Source: an uncultured delta proteobacterium
GTDB taxonomy: Bacteria; Desulfobacterota; RBG-13-43-22
Reading direction: 5' to 3'
Assembly (NCBI GenBank): GCA_963802945.1
Contig: CAWDKY010000033.1
Coordinates: 67,024-131,023 of the forward strand
DNA: 64,000 nucleotides
Below the pieces are notes generated by a model that saw only the letters and a program-made list of their open reading frames with translations, did not search any database and was not told the origin of the DNA. Position 1 is the stretch's first letter, and every line of letters starts with the position of its first letter. Positions 50,942-61,305 of the stretch are shown here, in pieces. The position numbers and the translations under genes are program-made.

Positions 50942-52186
50942 ATGAACACAAATATCCCCGGAAATAAAATATCATGGTGGTCATCTGAGTTTTTAGACCC
51001 GGAAATGGAACGATCTTTTCAAAAATATGTCCAACCCATCATAACCAGGCAGTTGAAGATTGTTCTGTTGATCTGGGGGGCGTTATTGTTACTTTTTGCT
51101 CTCCCGGACTACGCGGCCCTTGGACCAACAAAGCCATTTTACTATCTGTTGGCCTACCGTGTCATTATAGTCGTCATGCTGCTCCTAACGTTTTTCAAGA
51201 TCAAGCCGAATACGGTCATTTTTAAAATCAGCTATCCTATTACCCTGATTGTCATCGCCGGGTTTTCCGGATTTATGCTGTTTTTTGTCTTTCGACCGGA
51301 TATCGTCAACTGGATTGTCGGCGTCATAATGATTCAACTCATCGGCTTGATGATGTTTGTTCCCATCCGCTTTTCCCTATCTCTTTTGGGAGGACTTTAT
51401 GGCCTAGTGATTACCATGGTGACGCGATGGGTTATGGGCACTACGAAAGAAAATTTGGTCGGCTTGTTCTTTCTGCTTATGCTGCCGATGGTGATCGGTG
51501 CGGCAACGACAATCCGGCTGGCCATTATTCAGAGGAGACAGTATGTCTCTTTGAAGAGGGCGGATAAATTAAATCTCGAATTACAAAATGAAATGGATCA
51601 GCGCCTCAAGCTGGAAAAGGTCCTCAAAGAACTGGCTGCGACGGACCCCCTGACCGGACTTTATAACCGACGGGAATATGAAATGCTTTTTAAACATGAA
51701 ATAGAGCGAGTCAGACGGATGAAAACCCCTTTATCACTGTGCATCATCGATCTCGACCATTTTAAGAAAGTCAATGACACCTACGGTCACGGCGTAGGCG
51801 ATGAAGTCCTGCGTAGAACAGCCGAGTTGTTGCGGAAAAATCTTCGAGCCGTGGAAATTATCGGCCGCTTTGGGGGAGAGGAGTTCATCATTTTTTTCCC
51901 TGATACCAGTATCGACCAGGCTGTCATGATCAGCGATCGATTCTTAAAGGCACTATCCGCGACCGATATTAATATAGGGGTTTCAACCATTCGAATCACA
52001 GCCACTGCAGGGATAACTCAGTTGCTCCCGAGTGATAAAGACATTAACAGCATTATCCGTCGGGCTGACGCCGCCCTATATAGAGGGAAGGAAGGCGGTC
52101 GTAACCGCGTCGAAACCAGCATGGATAATTTGCAACACATTGGGGACGGGAAAATTTCACAGCAATATGGAATCATGAAAACTTAA
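50942..52186 (+). CDS. Membrane-bound diguanylate cyclase
   Basis: About 6 TM helices; DPLTGLYNRR, IDLDHFKKVNDTYGH, RFGGEEF; no RxxD I-site (RAVE). Confidence 0.94.
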   Translation: MNTNIPGNKISWWSSEFLDPEMERSFQKYVQPIITRQLKIVLLIWGALLLLFALPDYAALGPTKPFYYLLAYRVIIVVMLLLTFFKIKPNTVIFKISYPITLIVIAGFSGFMLFFVFRPDIVNWIVGVIMIQLIGLMMFVPIRFSLSLLGGLYGLVITMVTRWVMGTTKENLVGLFFLLMLPMVIGAATTIRLAIIQRRQYVSLKRADKLNLELQNEMDQRLKLEKVLKELAATDPLTGLYNRREYEMLFKHEIERVRRMKTPLSLCIIDLDHFKKVNDTYGHGVGDEVLRRTAELLRKNLRAVEIIGRFGGEEFIIFFPDTSIDQAVMISDRFLKALSATDINIGVSTIRITATAGITQLLPSDKDINSIIRRADAALYRGKEGGRNRVETSMDNLQHIGDGKISQQYGIMKT

Positions 52187-52218
52187 CTTATCTATGGAGC
52201 AGCCATCAGGAGGGGCCT

Positions 52219-52370
52219 GGGGAGCAGGTGTTGAATTATTTGTTTTTGGTTAGGATATTCTAACTTCACCATATTCATAAAAAGATTTTTTTATTGGGAA
52301 ATTCTGAATGTTACAATTAAAATAGCGACAAAAGAGGTTGGGGAAAAAATTAATATTTCAACCTGACCCT
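52219..52370 (+). repeat. About 150-bp element, copy 2
   Basis: GGGGAGCAGGTGTTGAATTATT ... AATATTTCAACCTGACCCT. Confidence 0.7.
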
Positions 52371-52409
52371 AATCCCCTAATCTCTCAAGTTAAACAATTC
52401 CTGAAGTCC

Positions 52410-54125
52410 TTAACTTCCCTCTTTGCCTACCTGTTTTAATTTTTCCCACACCTTTTGCGCCATCACGGCCAGGAGAACCCAGGCCAGGGGATCAATCACT
52501 TTGCGGTAACGGTTGTTCTCGCCTATGTCGATCATGTTCCCCACCAACATGACCCACAAAATATTCAGCGCCAAGAGTAAGAGCATGATCTTTTCGTTCC
52601 TATCAAAAACCCTTTTTCCGCCCAAAGAAAACCCCTTCCAAAGCGCCCACAGAATAAGCACGGGATAAAGGAAGAAAACAAGCGTGACATAAAAATCAAA
52701 ATCCACATACCGGACAGCCGGTTGTCCATACTGGAGCAATGTTTTTTCTCCAAAATCTATCCTGTAGGTAAAGAATTGTAGTTTTCGGAAAAACATTAGG
52801 CCATCATTGAAAATGCCCTCAATGTCTTCGACTTTTTCCTGGTTAGCGGAAAAGATAACATGATGCCCGTAAGTAGAGGGCAGGCAAAAGATGTTGTAAG
52901 CCATGGCGCAGCTCAACAGATAGTCCTGGGGACGCCAGCTTATGACATCCAGCGACTCGCGCAGGTACAGCCTGGAGAGAGCGATATAGCCGATATAGTT
53001 GTAGTTTGGCTCCCCGCTGGACTTATACGGCGCATCAAGCGCCGGCACGCCCCACGGCTTTTGCGTCATCAGCCCCGGTGGGAACTTATCTATCGGCTGA
53101 AATCCCGGCATTATGGTCAGTGGCGACAGCCTGCCCTGGGCAATCCAGGCCCGCTTATGCGCAGTACTGACGAGGGTCATTCGATTCAGGTTAAGTCCAG
53201 TCCATGAGCTTGAATTGAATGAACCGAACACCACTGCATTCTTAAGTAAGACCGCCACGATGAGGATCAGGGGCACCAGCGCTATCTTCTTGATCTCCTT
53301 TTGTTCCTTTTTTTCCACCAGGAGATAGACGCAAAGTAGGTTTACCAGGAACCAGACCAGTGGGAACATGGAAACCGTCAGGGAGACCATGGCCAGAAGA
53401 AAAAACCCAATAAAAGCCGAGATCTTACTCGATCGATCCAAATACCGTTTGATAAAGAATAGGCCGAGCAGTAGTAGCACCATGGCCGGGAAAGTATAGA
53501 ACAGCCAGTTCCCGTACAGCACGAACTGGGGCGTAGCGATGAACACCAGGGTGAAGAGCACGGCGAGCGTGGGGGACACCCTGAAATTGACAAGAAAACG
53601 GTAAAGCCCCAGGGTAAAAACTATTCCGAGAACAAGGAATATGGCCTGGAAAACCTGAAAAACATTAGAAGGCGCAGCCTTCAGCACCACACCCAGAAAA
53701 AGATTGAAGAGAGGCGGCTGGGAGTGTAGATAGAATAGCGAGCGCATAAGGTCATGCTTTAGCAGGTCTATATCCAAGTACTGCCAGAACCAGGCCAGGG
53801 GTATAAAATCAAATACCACACCTTTTTGAGCGTAAAGGTATTGGATAAGAAAAAAGCAGCCGATTAGGCTCAGTTCATGGAAGGGAAAAGCAAGGTGTTT
53901 ATTTAAGTTCAGCATATGAATTTTCATAGACATCCCATATCCCGAATCAAAGAGAATAAATGCCCTAATACTGTGGCTTCTACAGTAACCTCTTCCGAGG
54001 ACTTCGTCAAAAAGAAAATCAAGATGCCTAAGTCTCCTGGCCCTAATTCTGTATGGTTGAAGATTTTTGAAATCCTCATAAAATCTGGTTAAACCCTCTT
54101 CCAGTTGTCCCACGGTAACACCCAA
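52410..54125 (-). CDS. Polytopic membrane protein, possibly GT-C/ArnT-like; true start probably near 53930
   Basis: More than 10 hydrophobic segments, QPP motif, large extracytoplasmic loop, C-terminal ENNRYR. Confidence 0.65.
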   Translation of the reverse strand: MGVTVGQLEEGLTRFYEDFKNLQPYRIRARRLRHLDFLFDEVLGRGYCRSHSIRAFILFDSGYGMSMKIHMLNLNKHLAFPFHELSLIGCFFLIQYLYAQKGVVFDFIPLAWFWQYLDIDLLKHDLMRSLFYLHSQPPLFNLFLGVVLKAAPSNVFQVFQAIFLVLGIVFTLGLYRFLVNFRVSPTLAVLFTLVFIATPQFVLYGNWLFYTFPAMVLLLLGLFFIKRYLDRSSKISAFIGFFLLAMVSLTVSMFPLVWFLVNLLCVYLLVEKKEQKEIKKIALVPLILIVAVLLKNAVVFGSFNSSSWTGLNLNRMTLVSTAHKRAWIAQGRLSPLTIMPGFQPIDKFPPGLMTQKPWGVPALDAPYKSSGEPNYNYIGYIALSRLYLRESLDVISWRPQDYLLSCAMAYNIFCLPSTYGHHVIFSANQEKVEDIEGIFNDGLMFFRKLQFFTYRIDFGEKTLLQYGQPAVRYVDFDFYVTLVFFLYPVLILWALWKGFSLGGKRVFDRNEKIMLLLLALNILWVMLVGNMIDIGENNRYRKVIDPLAWVLLAVMAQKVWEKLKQVGKEGS

Positions 54126-54169
54126 AAGGCTATCCCTGAAATATATCCCATTATGATGTATAATAAAAC

Positions 54170-54865
54170 ATGATCATTAAGGAAATCCAAGCTAAGGCCA
54201 TCCTTTCGAAATCCCAGGTCTATGACTACGCCTTGAACGCCTATCTAGGATGCGGGCACAATGAACCCTGGGGGGAGTTTGTGGATGTGAAAATCAATGC
54301 TGTGGAACTCTTAGCCCGGGAGGTCAAGAAAAAGAAAAAAGGAACCGTCTGGATAAGCGGGGTGTGTGATGCCTATCAACCTCTCGAAGAGAAGTATAGG
54401 CTCACCAGGAGATGTCTTGAAATCCTGGTGGAGAACGGCTGGCCGATTGTGGTTCAGACCAAATCCCCACTGGTCCTGCGGGACATTGAGATATTGAAAA
54501 GTGCCACGGACAATGAGGTCGGGTTCACCATAACCACCGCTGATGAAAGGATGCGAAGGATCTTTGAACCGTCTGCTCCTCCGACAGAAAAGCGCCTAAA
54601 GGCCTTGGGGATTTTTCATGCCGAGCGGATCAGGACTTATGTCATGGTCGCCCCCCTGCTTCCAGGAGCTGACAGACTCGCTGATCTGCTGAAGGGAAAG
54701 GTGGACCATGCCCTGATTGACAAATATAATTATCATTATGCCGACTGGGCCTATAAAAAATACGGGATGGAATGGGCCATGGACGAGAAGTTCTTTCAGC
54801 AAAAAGGCGATGAATTGCGGGTCGCCTTTGAAAAGGCAGGAATCCCCTGCCAGAAACTATATTAA
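54170..54865 (+). pseudogene. SplB-like radical SAM protein lacking the CxxxCxxC motif
   Basis: ILSKS...YALNAYLGCGH|NEPWGEFVDVKIN, CDAYQPLE, QTKSPLVLRD; only the first Cys remains. Confidence 0.75.
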
Positions 54866-54881
54866 GAAGTGACTTGCTTAA

Positions 54882-54963
54882 TGGGAATTTCTTAATGTTA
54901 TAATTAAAATGGCGATAAAAGAAGCAGGGTTATGAAAAGAAGATATTTCAAAGCCTAGCCCTA
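54882..54963 (+). repeat. About 150-bp element, partial copy 3
   Basis: TGGGAATTTCTTAATGTTATAATTAAAATGGCGATAAAAGAAGCAGGG...ATATTTCAAAGCCTAGCCCT. Confidence 0.7.
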
Positions 54964-55100
54964 ATTCTCTTCGCAACTTTTTTCTGAAGTCTTCAAAATT
55001 CCATTTTTGAAAAAACTGAAGAGTCCAAATAATCAACGAAACGAGTCAAATTTCATTGACTTTTTGGGAATAGAACGTGTATGAATTCCATAGTAAATTA

Positions 55101-55190
55101 ATTCGGTTTTCTTTTTGACAACCTTTTACCAAGGGAGTGTCGATGGAAGATTATTAGACCCCATTTCTCAAGAGAGAGGTGGGGTTTTTT
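55101..55190 (+). promoter_or_regulatory. Candidate structured 5' leader ending in an intrinsic terminator, copy A
   Basis: Hairpin GACCCCATTTCTC/GAGAGGTGGGGTT plus U tract; blocks shared with 61306-61398. Confidence 0.6.
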
Positions 55191-55299
55191 ATTGGGAAGG
55201 TAGTTATTAACAATTTTGTTCTGGACATAACCTAAAGGGAAAATAATTCCAATGCTCTTGGGGTGAAAGCCGGGGGGGGACAATGAAAGGAAGGTTAAA

Positions 55300-55599
55300 A
55301 TGATTGGTATGGATTTCATCTGTTTCATCATTTTATTGGTTATTAGTATTATAGTTGCCGGGATACTCCACTTCGTCTTTAAATTCTACATTATGCCGGG
55401 ATGGTTGTCATATATATCAAAGGTCATCATCGGCTGGTTCGGCGCATGGTTGGGTTCCCCGGTATTTGGTTGCTGGTGGAAGGGCTTAAATTACAAGGAA
55501 GTATATATTGTCCCTGCGATTCTGGGTTCTTTATCAATCTTGATTTTTTTAGTGGACTTTATAAAGACTCGTGCTTCAGTTTTTAAAAGTACGGGCTAA
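55300..55599 (+). CDS. GlsB/YeaQ/YmgE-like small membrane protein
   Basis: Three hydrophobic helices; GWFGAWLG, PAILGS. Confidence 0.8.
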   Translation: MIGMDFICFIILLVISIIVAGILHFVFKFYIMPGWLSYISKVIIGWFGAWLGSPVFGCWWKGLNYKEVYIVPAILGSLSILIFLVDFIKTRASVFKSTG

Positions 55600-55669
55600 T
55601 TATCCTTCACTATCTCAGCCTGGTGAGAAATTAACTTTACAGGTTCCCCCCTGATGCATCATCAATAAG

Positions 55670-55803
55670 TGAGGTGGTCCCCAAAAATGGGACAATGTGA
55701 TAATCTATGAGTTAGCTCAAAAGAAGCGGCGATGGCCAAAAAAGGAGCGATGACACCTCAAGTTCAAGGCCGGAGTACTTCCAACCATCTCTCCCATATT
55801 TCC
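55670..55803 (+). mobile_element. IS3-like left-end remnant, copy 1
   Basis: TGAGGTGGTCCCCAAAAATGGGACA end plus orfA-like start (SKFKAGVL); homologous to 58005-58118 and 63241-63326. Confidence 0.65.
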
Positions 55804-55991
55804 ATCCGTAATCGTTAATTTTTGGGGCCATGTTTTTAGTGGGCTTGTGAAACGCATCGTTGCAGCCAAATGGCAAAGCCACGCGGAGCGTGGCTGGTGG
55901 ATTCAAAAAGAAGACGGGCAGTGGGTCCAGAAATAATCAGACATAGGAACGAGGCAACAGGTAATAAAGAGAGTTTTAAAAAATGTTCAAT

Positions 55992-56324
55992 TCAAGCCTT
56001 TAAATCAAGGGCCTGAATAAGAGTGCGGGCAAAGTTCAAGAGAAAGGTTTCCTGCGCCGGCGTAACGTACTGAACGCAGTCGCAGCGAAGCCGTTTGCGG
56101 CTGCGGACCAGAAACTCGAATTTTAAAAAGTCTTGACCCAATTCAACCGCCAGGTAATGAGGGCCGCAACCTTTATGTTTCATTTGGAGCGGTGAAAGCA
56201 GGTCTTCCGGGATTTCCAACCAAAATATTCTTTCCAGTCCGGAAACAATGGCTTTTCCCTTTAAATAATCCTTAATGGCCTCCATTTGCCGAAGAGGAAT
56301 TTCATCTACCAAAAACTGACGCAT
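55992..56324 (-). CDS. Conserved hypothetical protein
   Basis: MRQFLVDEI...H.GCGPH...EFLVRS...RCDCV.Y. Confidence 0.8.
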   Translation of the reverse strand: MRQFLVDEIPLRQMEAIKDYLKGKAIVSGLERIFWLEIPEDLLSPLQMKHKGCGPHYLAVELGQDFLKFEFLVRSRKRLRCDCVQYVTPAQETFLLNFARTLIQALDLKA

Positions 56325-56671
56325 CAGGCTTGCCCCTGGCCGGCCTTTCTGGCCGCCGAAAAGGCATCCCATACCCCATAAGCCCAGACGCCGGTCAAGA
56401 GCAATATCAAAACCTTTAATAAACCATTATCCTGCTGAGACAGGGCTTGAGCCACAGTGGAAAGGGGATGGGGATCTTTTTCAAAGGTCTCCAAAGGCAG
56501 GGACAGCAAGACCTTGTTGAGGTCGTAGAGCACCTTGAAAAAAAGGGCCAAAAACAACAACGATACCGCAGCCATCAACAAACCTGCTTTTCGAAACTGT
56601 CGGTTCACCACCTGACCGAGTCCGGGCAAGACCAAGGCCGAAAGCAGAGGTGCCAGAATAATTTTTTTCAT
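56324..56671 (-). CDS. Hypothetical membrane protein
   Basis: LSALVLPGLGQVVN, WAYGVWDA. Confidence 0.8.
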   Translation of the reverse strand: MKKIILAPLLSALVLPGLGQVVNRQFRKAGLLMAAVSLLFLALFFKVLYDLNKVLLSLPLETFEKDPHPLSTVAQALSQQDNGLLKVLILLLTGVWAYGVWDAFSAARKAGQGQA

Positions 56672-56736
56672 GGTTTTTCCTATAAGATTAGAACAAAAGT
56701 CAATAGCAGACTTGATCCTTTTTCAACACTCTGTGG

Positions 56737-57594
56737 TTAGTCAAGGCCTTTTCCCGGCCCCTCATCCCTTATTAAACCTGGTGTCTGCGCCGGCTGATCG
56801 CGGCGCCGGTCCGGATGGTCCCGCTCCGTGAACTGGCGTAGCCCCTCAAGCGTGGCAGGATCGTGAATGGAACGGTTGAAGCACTCGGCTTCGATTCGAA
56901 GTCCCTCGGAAATGGGAAGCCCGAACCCACGGACGGCAGCTTCCTTGTCCGTCAGGATCGCCGGCTGCGGAAGTCTGCAAATGGTCTCAGCGAGCTCAAG
57001 AGCCCGTTCGAGCGACTTGCCTTTGGGGACCACTTCATTAACCAGGCCGATTCGTTCGGCCTCCTGGGCATCGATCACCCGGCCCGTGATAATGAGTTCC
57101 ATGGCCCGGCCCATCCCGATTATCCGGGGCAGGCGTTGGGTGCCACCGTCCGCCAATCCGATATTCCAGCGCCGACAGGTCACTCCAAATGACGCGTGCT
57201 GCTCGGCGATTCGGATATCGGCAAAGCAGGCCCACTCCAGTCCCCCGGCATAGGCGACTCCATTGACGGCAGCGATGATGGGCTTGTAGATCTCCGTCCA
57301 ACGGCTGGGACCGAGTATCCCCGGGCGCTCGCCCCGGTTGTGGGCGGCGATCTCCGCGGGTGTCATGGGCACCAAGTCTTCCTCGGACTTGAGATCGCCT
57401 CCTGCACAGAAAGCCTTTTCGCCTGTGCCGGTAATAACGACCACCTTCGCTTCATCGTCATCGCGAAATTGCGTCCAGGCCTGGATCAATTCCCGATGCG
57501 TCGTCGGCCCAATGCAGTTGAGCACCTCCGGCCGGTTGAATCGGATGATCGTCACGGAGCCACGCTTTTCGTAAGCGATTTGTGTGAAGTTCAT
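56737..57594 (-). CDS. Enoyl-CoA hydratase/isomerase family protein
   Basis: NRPEVLN, AFCAGGDL, KPIIAAVNG, GGLE, GGTQRLPR. Confidence 0.95.
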   Translation of the reverse strand: MNFTQIAYEKRGSVTIIRFNRPEVLNCIGPTTHRELIQAWTQFRDDDEAKVVVITGTGEKAFCAGGDLKSEEDLVPMTPAEIAAHNRGERPGILGPSRWTEIYKPIIAAVNGVAYAGGLEWACFADIRIAEQHASFGVTCRRWNIGLADGGTQRLPRIIGMGRAMELIITGRVIDAQEAERIGLVNEVVPKGKSLERALELAETICRLPQPAILTDKEAAVRGFGLPISEGLRIEAECFNRSIHDPATLEGLRQFTERDHPDRRRDQPAQTPGLIRDEGPGKGLD

Positions 57595-58004
57595 TATTCC
57601 TCCTAAGGCTTGCGGAGCCTGTTGGTTCCGTGTATTTCCCTCCCTGGAATGAAAATGTAATCAAGTGGTTCTCTCGGAATGTACCAGAAAATAGGGGCAT
57701 TTGTAAAATAATATTGACCAAAAGTGCGAAAACCGGAGGGAAAGGTCTTTTATCTTGGCATGATAAATTAATGAGATATCAATCTCTAAAAGGTGCGATC
57801 GATTTGATACTTGTTTCTGCCTGCATTCACAACAATCATTTTTCCAGGCCGGACCATGAACCCCCCAAAAAATTCCACCTAAATAATAAATTAGATGTCC
57901 TGACCAGTAGTTGGGTTGACGGGCAGTGTCAAGAAAATTCTTCTTGCAGCTTACACCTACAACTATTCTAAAGCCATCGCTCCGAAAATTAGCGATTACT
58001 GATT

Positions 58005-58118
58005 GAAATATGGGAGAACTGGTTGGACTATCCCGGCCTTGAACTTGAGGTGTCAGCGCTCCTTTCCTTGGGCTAACTCAGAGCTTACCACATTGTCCAA
58101 TTTTTGGGGACTACCTCA
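58005..58118 (-). mobile_element. IS3-like left-end remnant, copy 2 (inverted)
   Basis: Reverse-complement match to 55670-55803. Confidence 0.65.
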
Positions 58119-58186
58119 ACTTTTTGTGGGCCCAATCGATCAATCATTTTCATCCATTCAGCCACTTACTTTTCCTCATTAATTAA

Positions 58187-58422
58187 CAGGTTGCTGAAAC
58201 CGGGTACTACCCCGAAGGGGTGGGAGTGAGACGAGGTGTGGGGCGAACAAAAAGGCCCGTCTATCCCGCCAACGGCGGGATTGCCCTCATTCCTCCCCGC
58301 CTTTCGGGGGGGCAGGCTTATTGCGACGTACTTCTATGTACGCCTCATTCCACGGGATTTCGGGACGCCTTGTATCTGAACCTTTTTGAGCAACCTGTAA
58401 AAAAGAGTTTTTCCGCATCCTG
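58187..58422. mobile_element. MITE-like element, family M copy 3, expanded by three inserts
   Basis: TTAA|CAGGTTGCTGAAA ... GCATCCTG|TTAA. Confidence 0.85.
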
Positions 58423-58430
58423 TTAAGGGA

Positions 58431-59573
58431 TTAATTTGCAGGTTCCTTCAGATAAAGTATAAGGTTCTCCTGAAAACACCATTGTAGCGTTCCTGGCAGC
58501 CTTGTGTGATCATTGTTTTTCCTGATAACCTCTGTGAAATCCACACCGTTATACGTATTCCAGAACAGAACAGGGGCGCTACTCACTTCCGGGTGCCTTT
58601 TTATGAAATCGAGCATGGCCGCCATCGTTTTAGCCGTATAAGTGAGGTCCAACTTGATGCCTTCGGTCTGCCCCACCAAGCCCAGCGCCTCCTCCCCTTC
58701 CCGGGTGATGGCCCCGTATTCCGCTCCAAAAAAATCATGAGTGACCAGTATGTCATCCATCGTGAATTTGAGCGGGGCCACGTTCTTGTCATACTTCCTC
58801 ATGAGGGACACCATGCGATTAGCCAGGCGTATGGTTTTATGCGGATCTGTGACCCATTCCATGGCTACGCGCACTCCGACCACCTTGGTCTTCATACCCG
58901 ACAACCTCGTACCCAGCATAAGTCCAGCCAACGTTCCCTTGGAACCAAGGGCGCAAAAGATATATTCCGGCTCGGGCAGTATTCCATCGTCTATTTGCTT
59001 CTTTAGCTCAAGCGCTGCATTGACATAGCCGAGGCTTCCTAACGTCGATGAGCCTCCGGGAGGTATGAAATACACCTTCCCATGCCTCAAGTAAATACCG
59101 GCTGTTTGCAGGCCTCCTTTAATGTTAGTCGGTGCAAAATGGATCTTTGCCCCGAAATAGTGATCGAGGAGAAGGTTCTCCTGCACGTGGTCTGTCAACG
59201 GCTGGCGGATGAGCACCAGTGACGTCTTCAGGCCCAGCCGTCGGGCTTGGATGGTGGTGGCCAGTCCGTGATTAGTGCCGATTCCTCCGTATGTGATGAC
59301 CCATTTACTACCTCGACGCAGGGCATCAGCCAGTATGAATTCCAATTTACGTACTTTGTTACCACCATAGATGTCGGACGACCTGTCGTCGCACTTGATC
59401 CAGAGATTGTCGTGACCAATAAATTTTCCCAAATTATCCATTTTGGCAACAGGTGTAGGCAAGGTGGCTAAAGACACCCAGGGTACATGCTTTTCAAGCC
59501 CACCGTACTTTTCAAACAAAGGTAATTTCAGTGCCTTATTCCCGAGATTCATCATATGGGGATTATCCTTCAT
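58431..59573 (-). CDS. PLP-dependent D-cysteine desulfhydrase-like enzyme (ACC deaminase superfamily)
   Basis: LPTP, GGNKVRKLE, GTNHG, GSKGT; LDLTYTAK has Thr where ACC deaminases have Glu. Confidence 0.9.
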   Translation of the reverse strand: MKDNPHMMNLGNKALKLPLFEKYGGLEKHVPWVSLATLPTPVAKMDNLGKFIGHDNLWIKCDDRSSDIYGGNKVRKLEFILADALRRGSKWVITYGGIGTNHGLATTIQARRLGLKTSLVLIRQPLTDHVQENLLLDHYFGAKIHFAPTNIKGGLQTAGIYLRHGKVYFIPPGGSSTLGSLGYVNAALELKKQIDDGILPEPEYIFCALGSKGTLAGLMLGTRLSGMKTKVVGVRVAMEWVTDPHKTIRLANRMVSLMRKYDKNVAPLKFTMDDILVTHDFFGAEYGAITREGEEALGLVGQTEGIKLDLTYTAKTMAAMLDFIKRHPEVSSAPVLFWNTYNGVDFTEVIRKNNDHTRLPGTLQWCFQENLILYLKEPAN

Positions 59574-59968
59574 TCATATTTAATGGTTATCCTACTAGGC
59601 ATCATACTATTAGTTTCTCTTATGCGTCGGTAAGCGTGGCATCGGTCAATTTGGTAGGGTTGGCTACCAGCGATGCTGAAAGACGGGTTACCTTACTGAT
59701 CTGGCCTTGGTATGGGTCATATTATACATATTTTTGGGATTAGCAAATAATGGGATTTATGCTTCAAATGGGATCATTCTTTTAGATGTGTTTTCCCTAA
59801 ATTACCCTTTGAACTCTTCCATTTTTTGGTTTATAGGATACTGCCAAGTATAAAGAAGAATTGTATGAAAAGCGGGGACTCTATTTCAAATAAATTCTAT
59901 TTTGGCTAAGAAATAGTAAAGTATCTCCCGATTAATTTCGCATAATTGATAAAAAGTTTGGCCAATAA

Positions 59969-61273
59969 TCAGTCTTTTTTCTCTCCAACCAGATGCTTGG
60001 AGAGTCGCTTACCCAGCCCGATGATGGTATTTGTTGGTGGCAATCCCCATGCTTCCGGTATAACGGAACAATCGCAAACATAAAGGTTATCATACTTGGT
60101 TTTCAGATTCGAATCGACAATATCTCCGATTTTCGCGGAACCTCCTGGATGGGAAGCCAGGTAACTTGTTTTAAATATCCCTTTCGCTCCCGCATTTTTC
60201 AATATCTCTTTGGCTCGTTCATATCCTCTATGAAGTTTCTGCTTTTCTTTTTTATTCAGGATCTTCCTAACACCTCCACTGTCCGTTATACTGCCTCCCA
60301 GCTCATCTTTGGCTTTAATCATGATCTGGAGTGTTTTTTCCCGTGAAAAAACCTTATCCGGTCTGAAGGCAACGGCTGCCAATGCTGCCGATATAGCAAA
60401 GGGATGGGACATGTCGGTCATCATGTAGCCTTCATCTTCCAGGTGAATCCCACATGACATCGGGATTTCACTTAATGGGACCTCCAAGTCTTTTATAGAT
60501 CCCCGGACGCCGATCAGCGGGTCGAAAAAGAAATTATAACCCGCTCCTTTGATACCGCTGGCTCGCAGGATAACAGGCGAACCAATACCTCCGGCAGATA
60601 TTACTATAGTCGGGGCAAAAACCTTAAAAATCTTTCCCTTTTTTCTATATTCAACGCCAATAGCACTTTTTCCTTCAAAAATCACCTTCGTGACTTTAGC
60701 CCTCTCGATCAGCACTCCACCATGGGCGAGGGCCTCGTCTATGTACATTCTTGCGCTCCATTTCACACCGTATGGATCTCCAAAATGGCCAAAGGGAAAA
60801 TTCGGATTCCAGCGGTCTTGGTACATAAATTTATCTAGCTTACGCCAGTTATAACCAAGATCCTGAGCGCTCTCCATAATCCGTCTCGACATCGGGCCTA
60901 TGATTTCGTCTTTAAGCGGTGCTACCGGGAGTTCATTTCGGATTTCTTCCGCTTCCCTGGTTAGGTCAATACCGTGGCGCTCGAGCATCTCGAAGGGCAC
61001 AGGAAAACACGTTGCATAGTAATAAACGGTGCTTCCTCCTGTTGTGATGCCCCTCACCACTCCCAGTAACTGTCTGGTTAAAAGCATACTCTTACCCGGA
61101 AAAAGTAAAGTCTTGGCCCCGTACCAGAAACTGCCTGTTAAAGGATCATTATCCCCCCACTCTAAAATGAGCACCTTCTTTTTTCTCAAAGTCAATTCTT
61201 TGGCAACTGTAGCTCCACCCGGTCCAGAGCCCACTACAATGAACTCGGTATCTGTTTCTCTTTTTTTGTTCAT
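59969..61273 (-). CDS. GMC-family FAD oxidoreductase
   Basis: VVGSGPGG, GGST, SAGGIGSP, SHPGG, LYVCDCS, PPTNTI. Confidence 0.92.
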   Translation of the reverse strand: MNKKRETDTEFIVVGSGPGGATVAKELTLRKKKVLILEWGDNDPLTGSFWYGAKTLLFPGKSMLLTRQLLGVVRGITTGGSTVYYYATCFPVPFEMLERHGIDLTREAEEIRNELPVAPLKDEIIGPMSRRIMESAQDLGYNWRKLDKFMYQDRWNPNFPFGHFGDPYGVKWSARMYIDEALAHGGVLIERAKVTKVIFEGKSAIGVEYRKKGKIFKVFAPTIVISAGGIGSPVILRASGIKGAGYNFFFDPLIGVRGSIKDLEVPLSEIPMSCGIHLEDEGYMMTDMSHPFAISAALAAVAFRPDKVFSREKTLQIMIKAKDELGGSITDSGGVRKILNKKEKQKLHRGYERAKEILKNAGAKGIFKTSYLASHPGGSAKIGDIVDSNLKTKYDNLYVCDCSVIPEAWGLPPTNTIIGLGKRLSKHLVGEKKD

Positions 61274-61305
61274 CTTTCCCTCTCCACGATAAAATTATCC
61301 AAAAT

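Noticed and set aside
58431-59573. ACC deaminase call
   Set aside because: The diagnostic Glu of YEGK is Thr here (YTAK).
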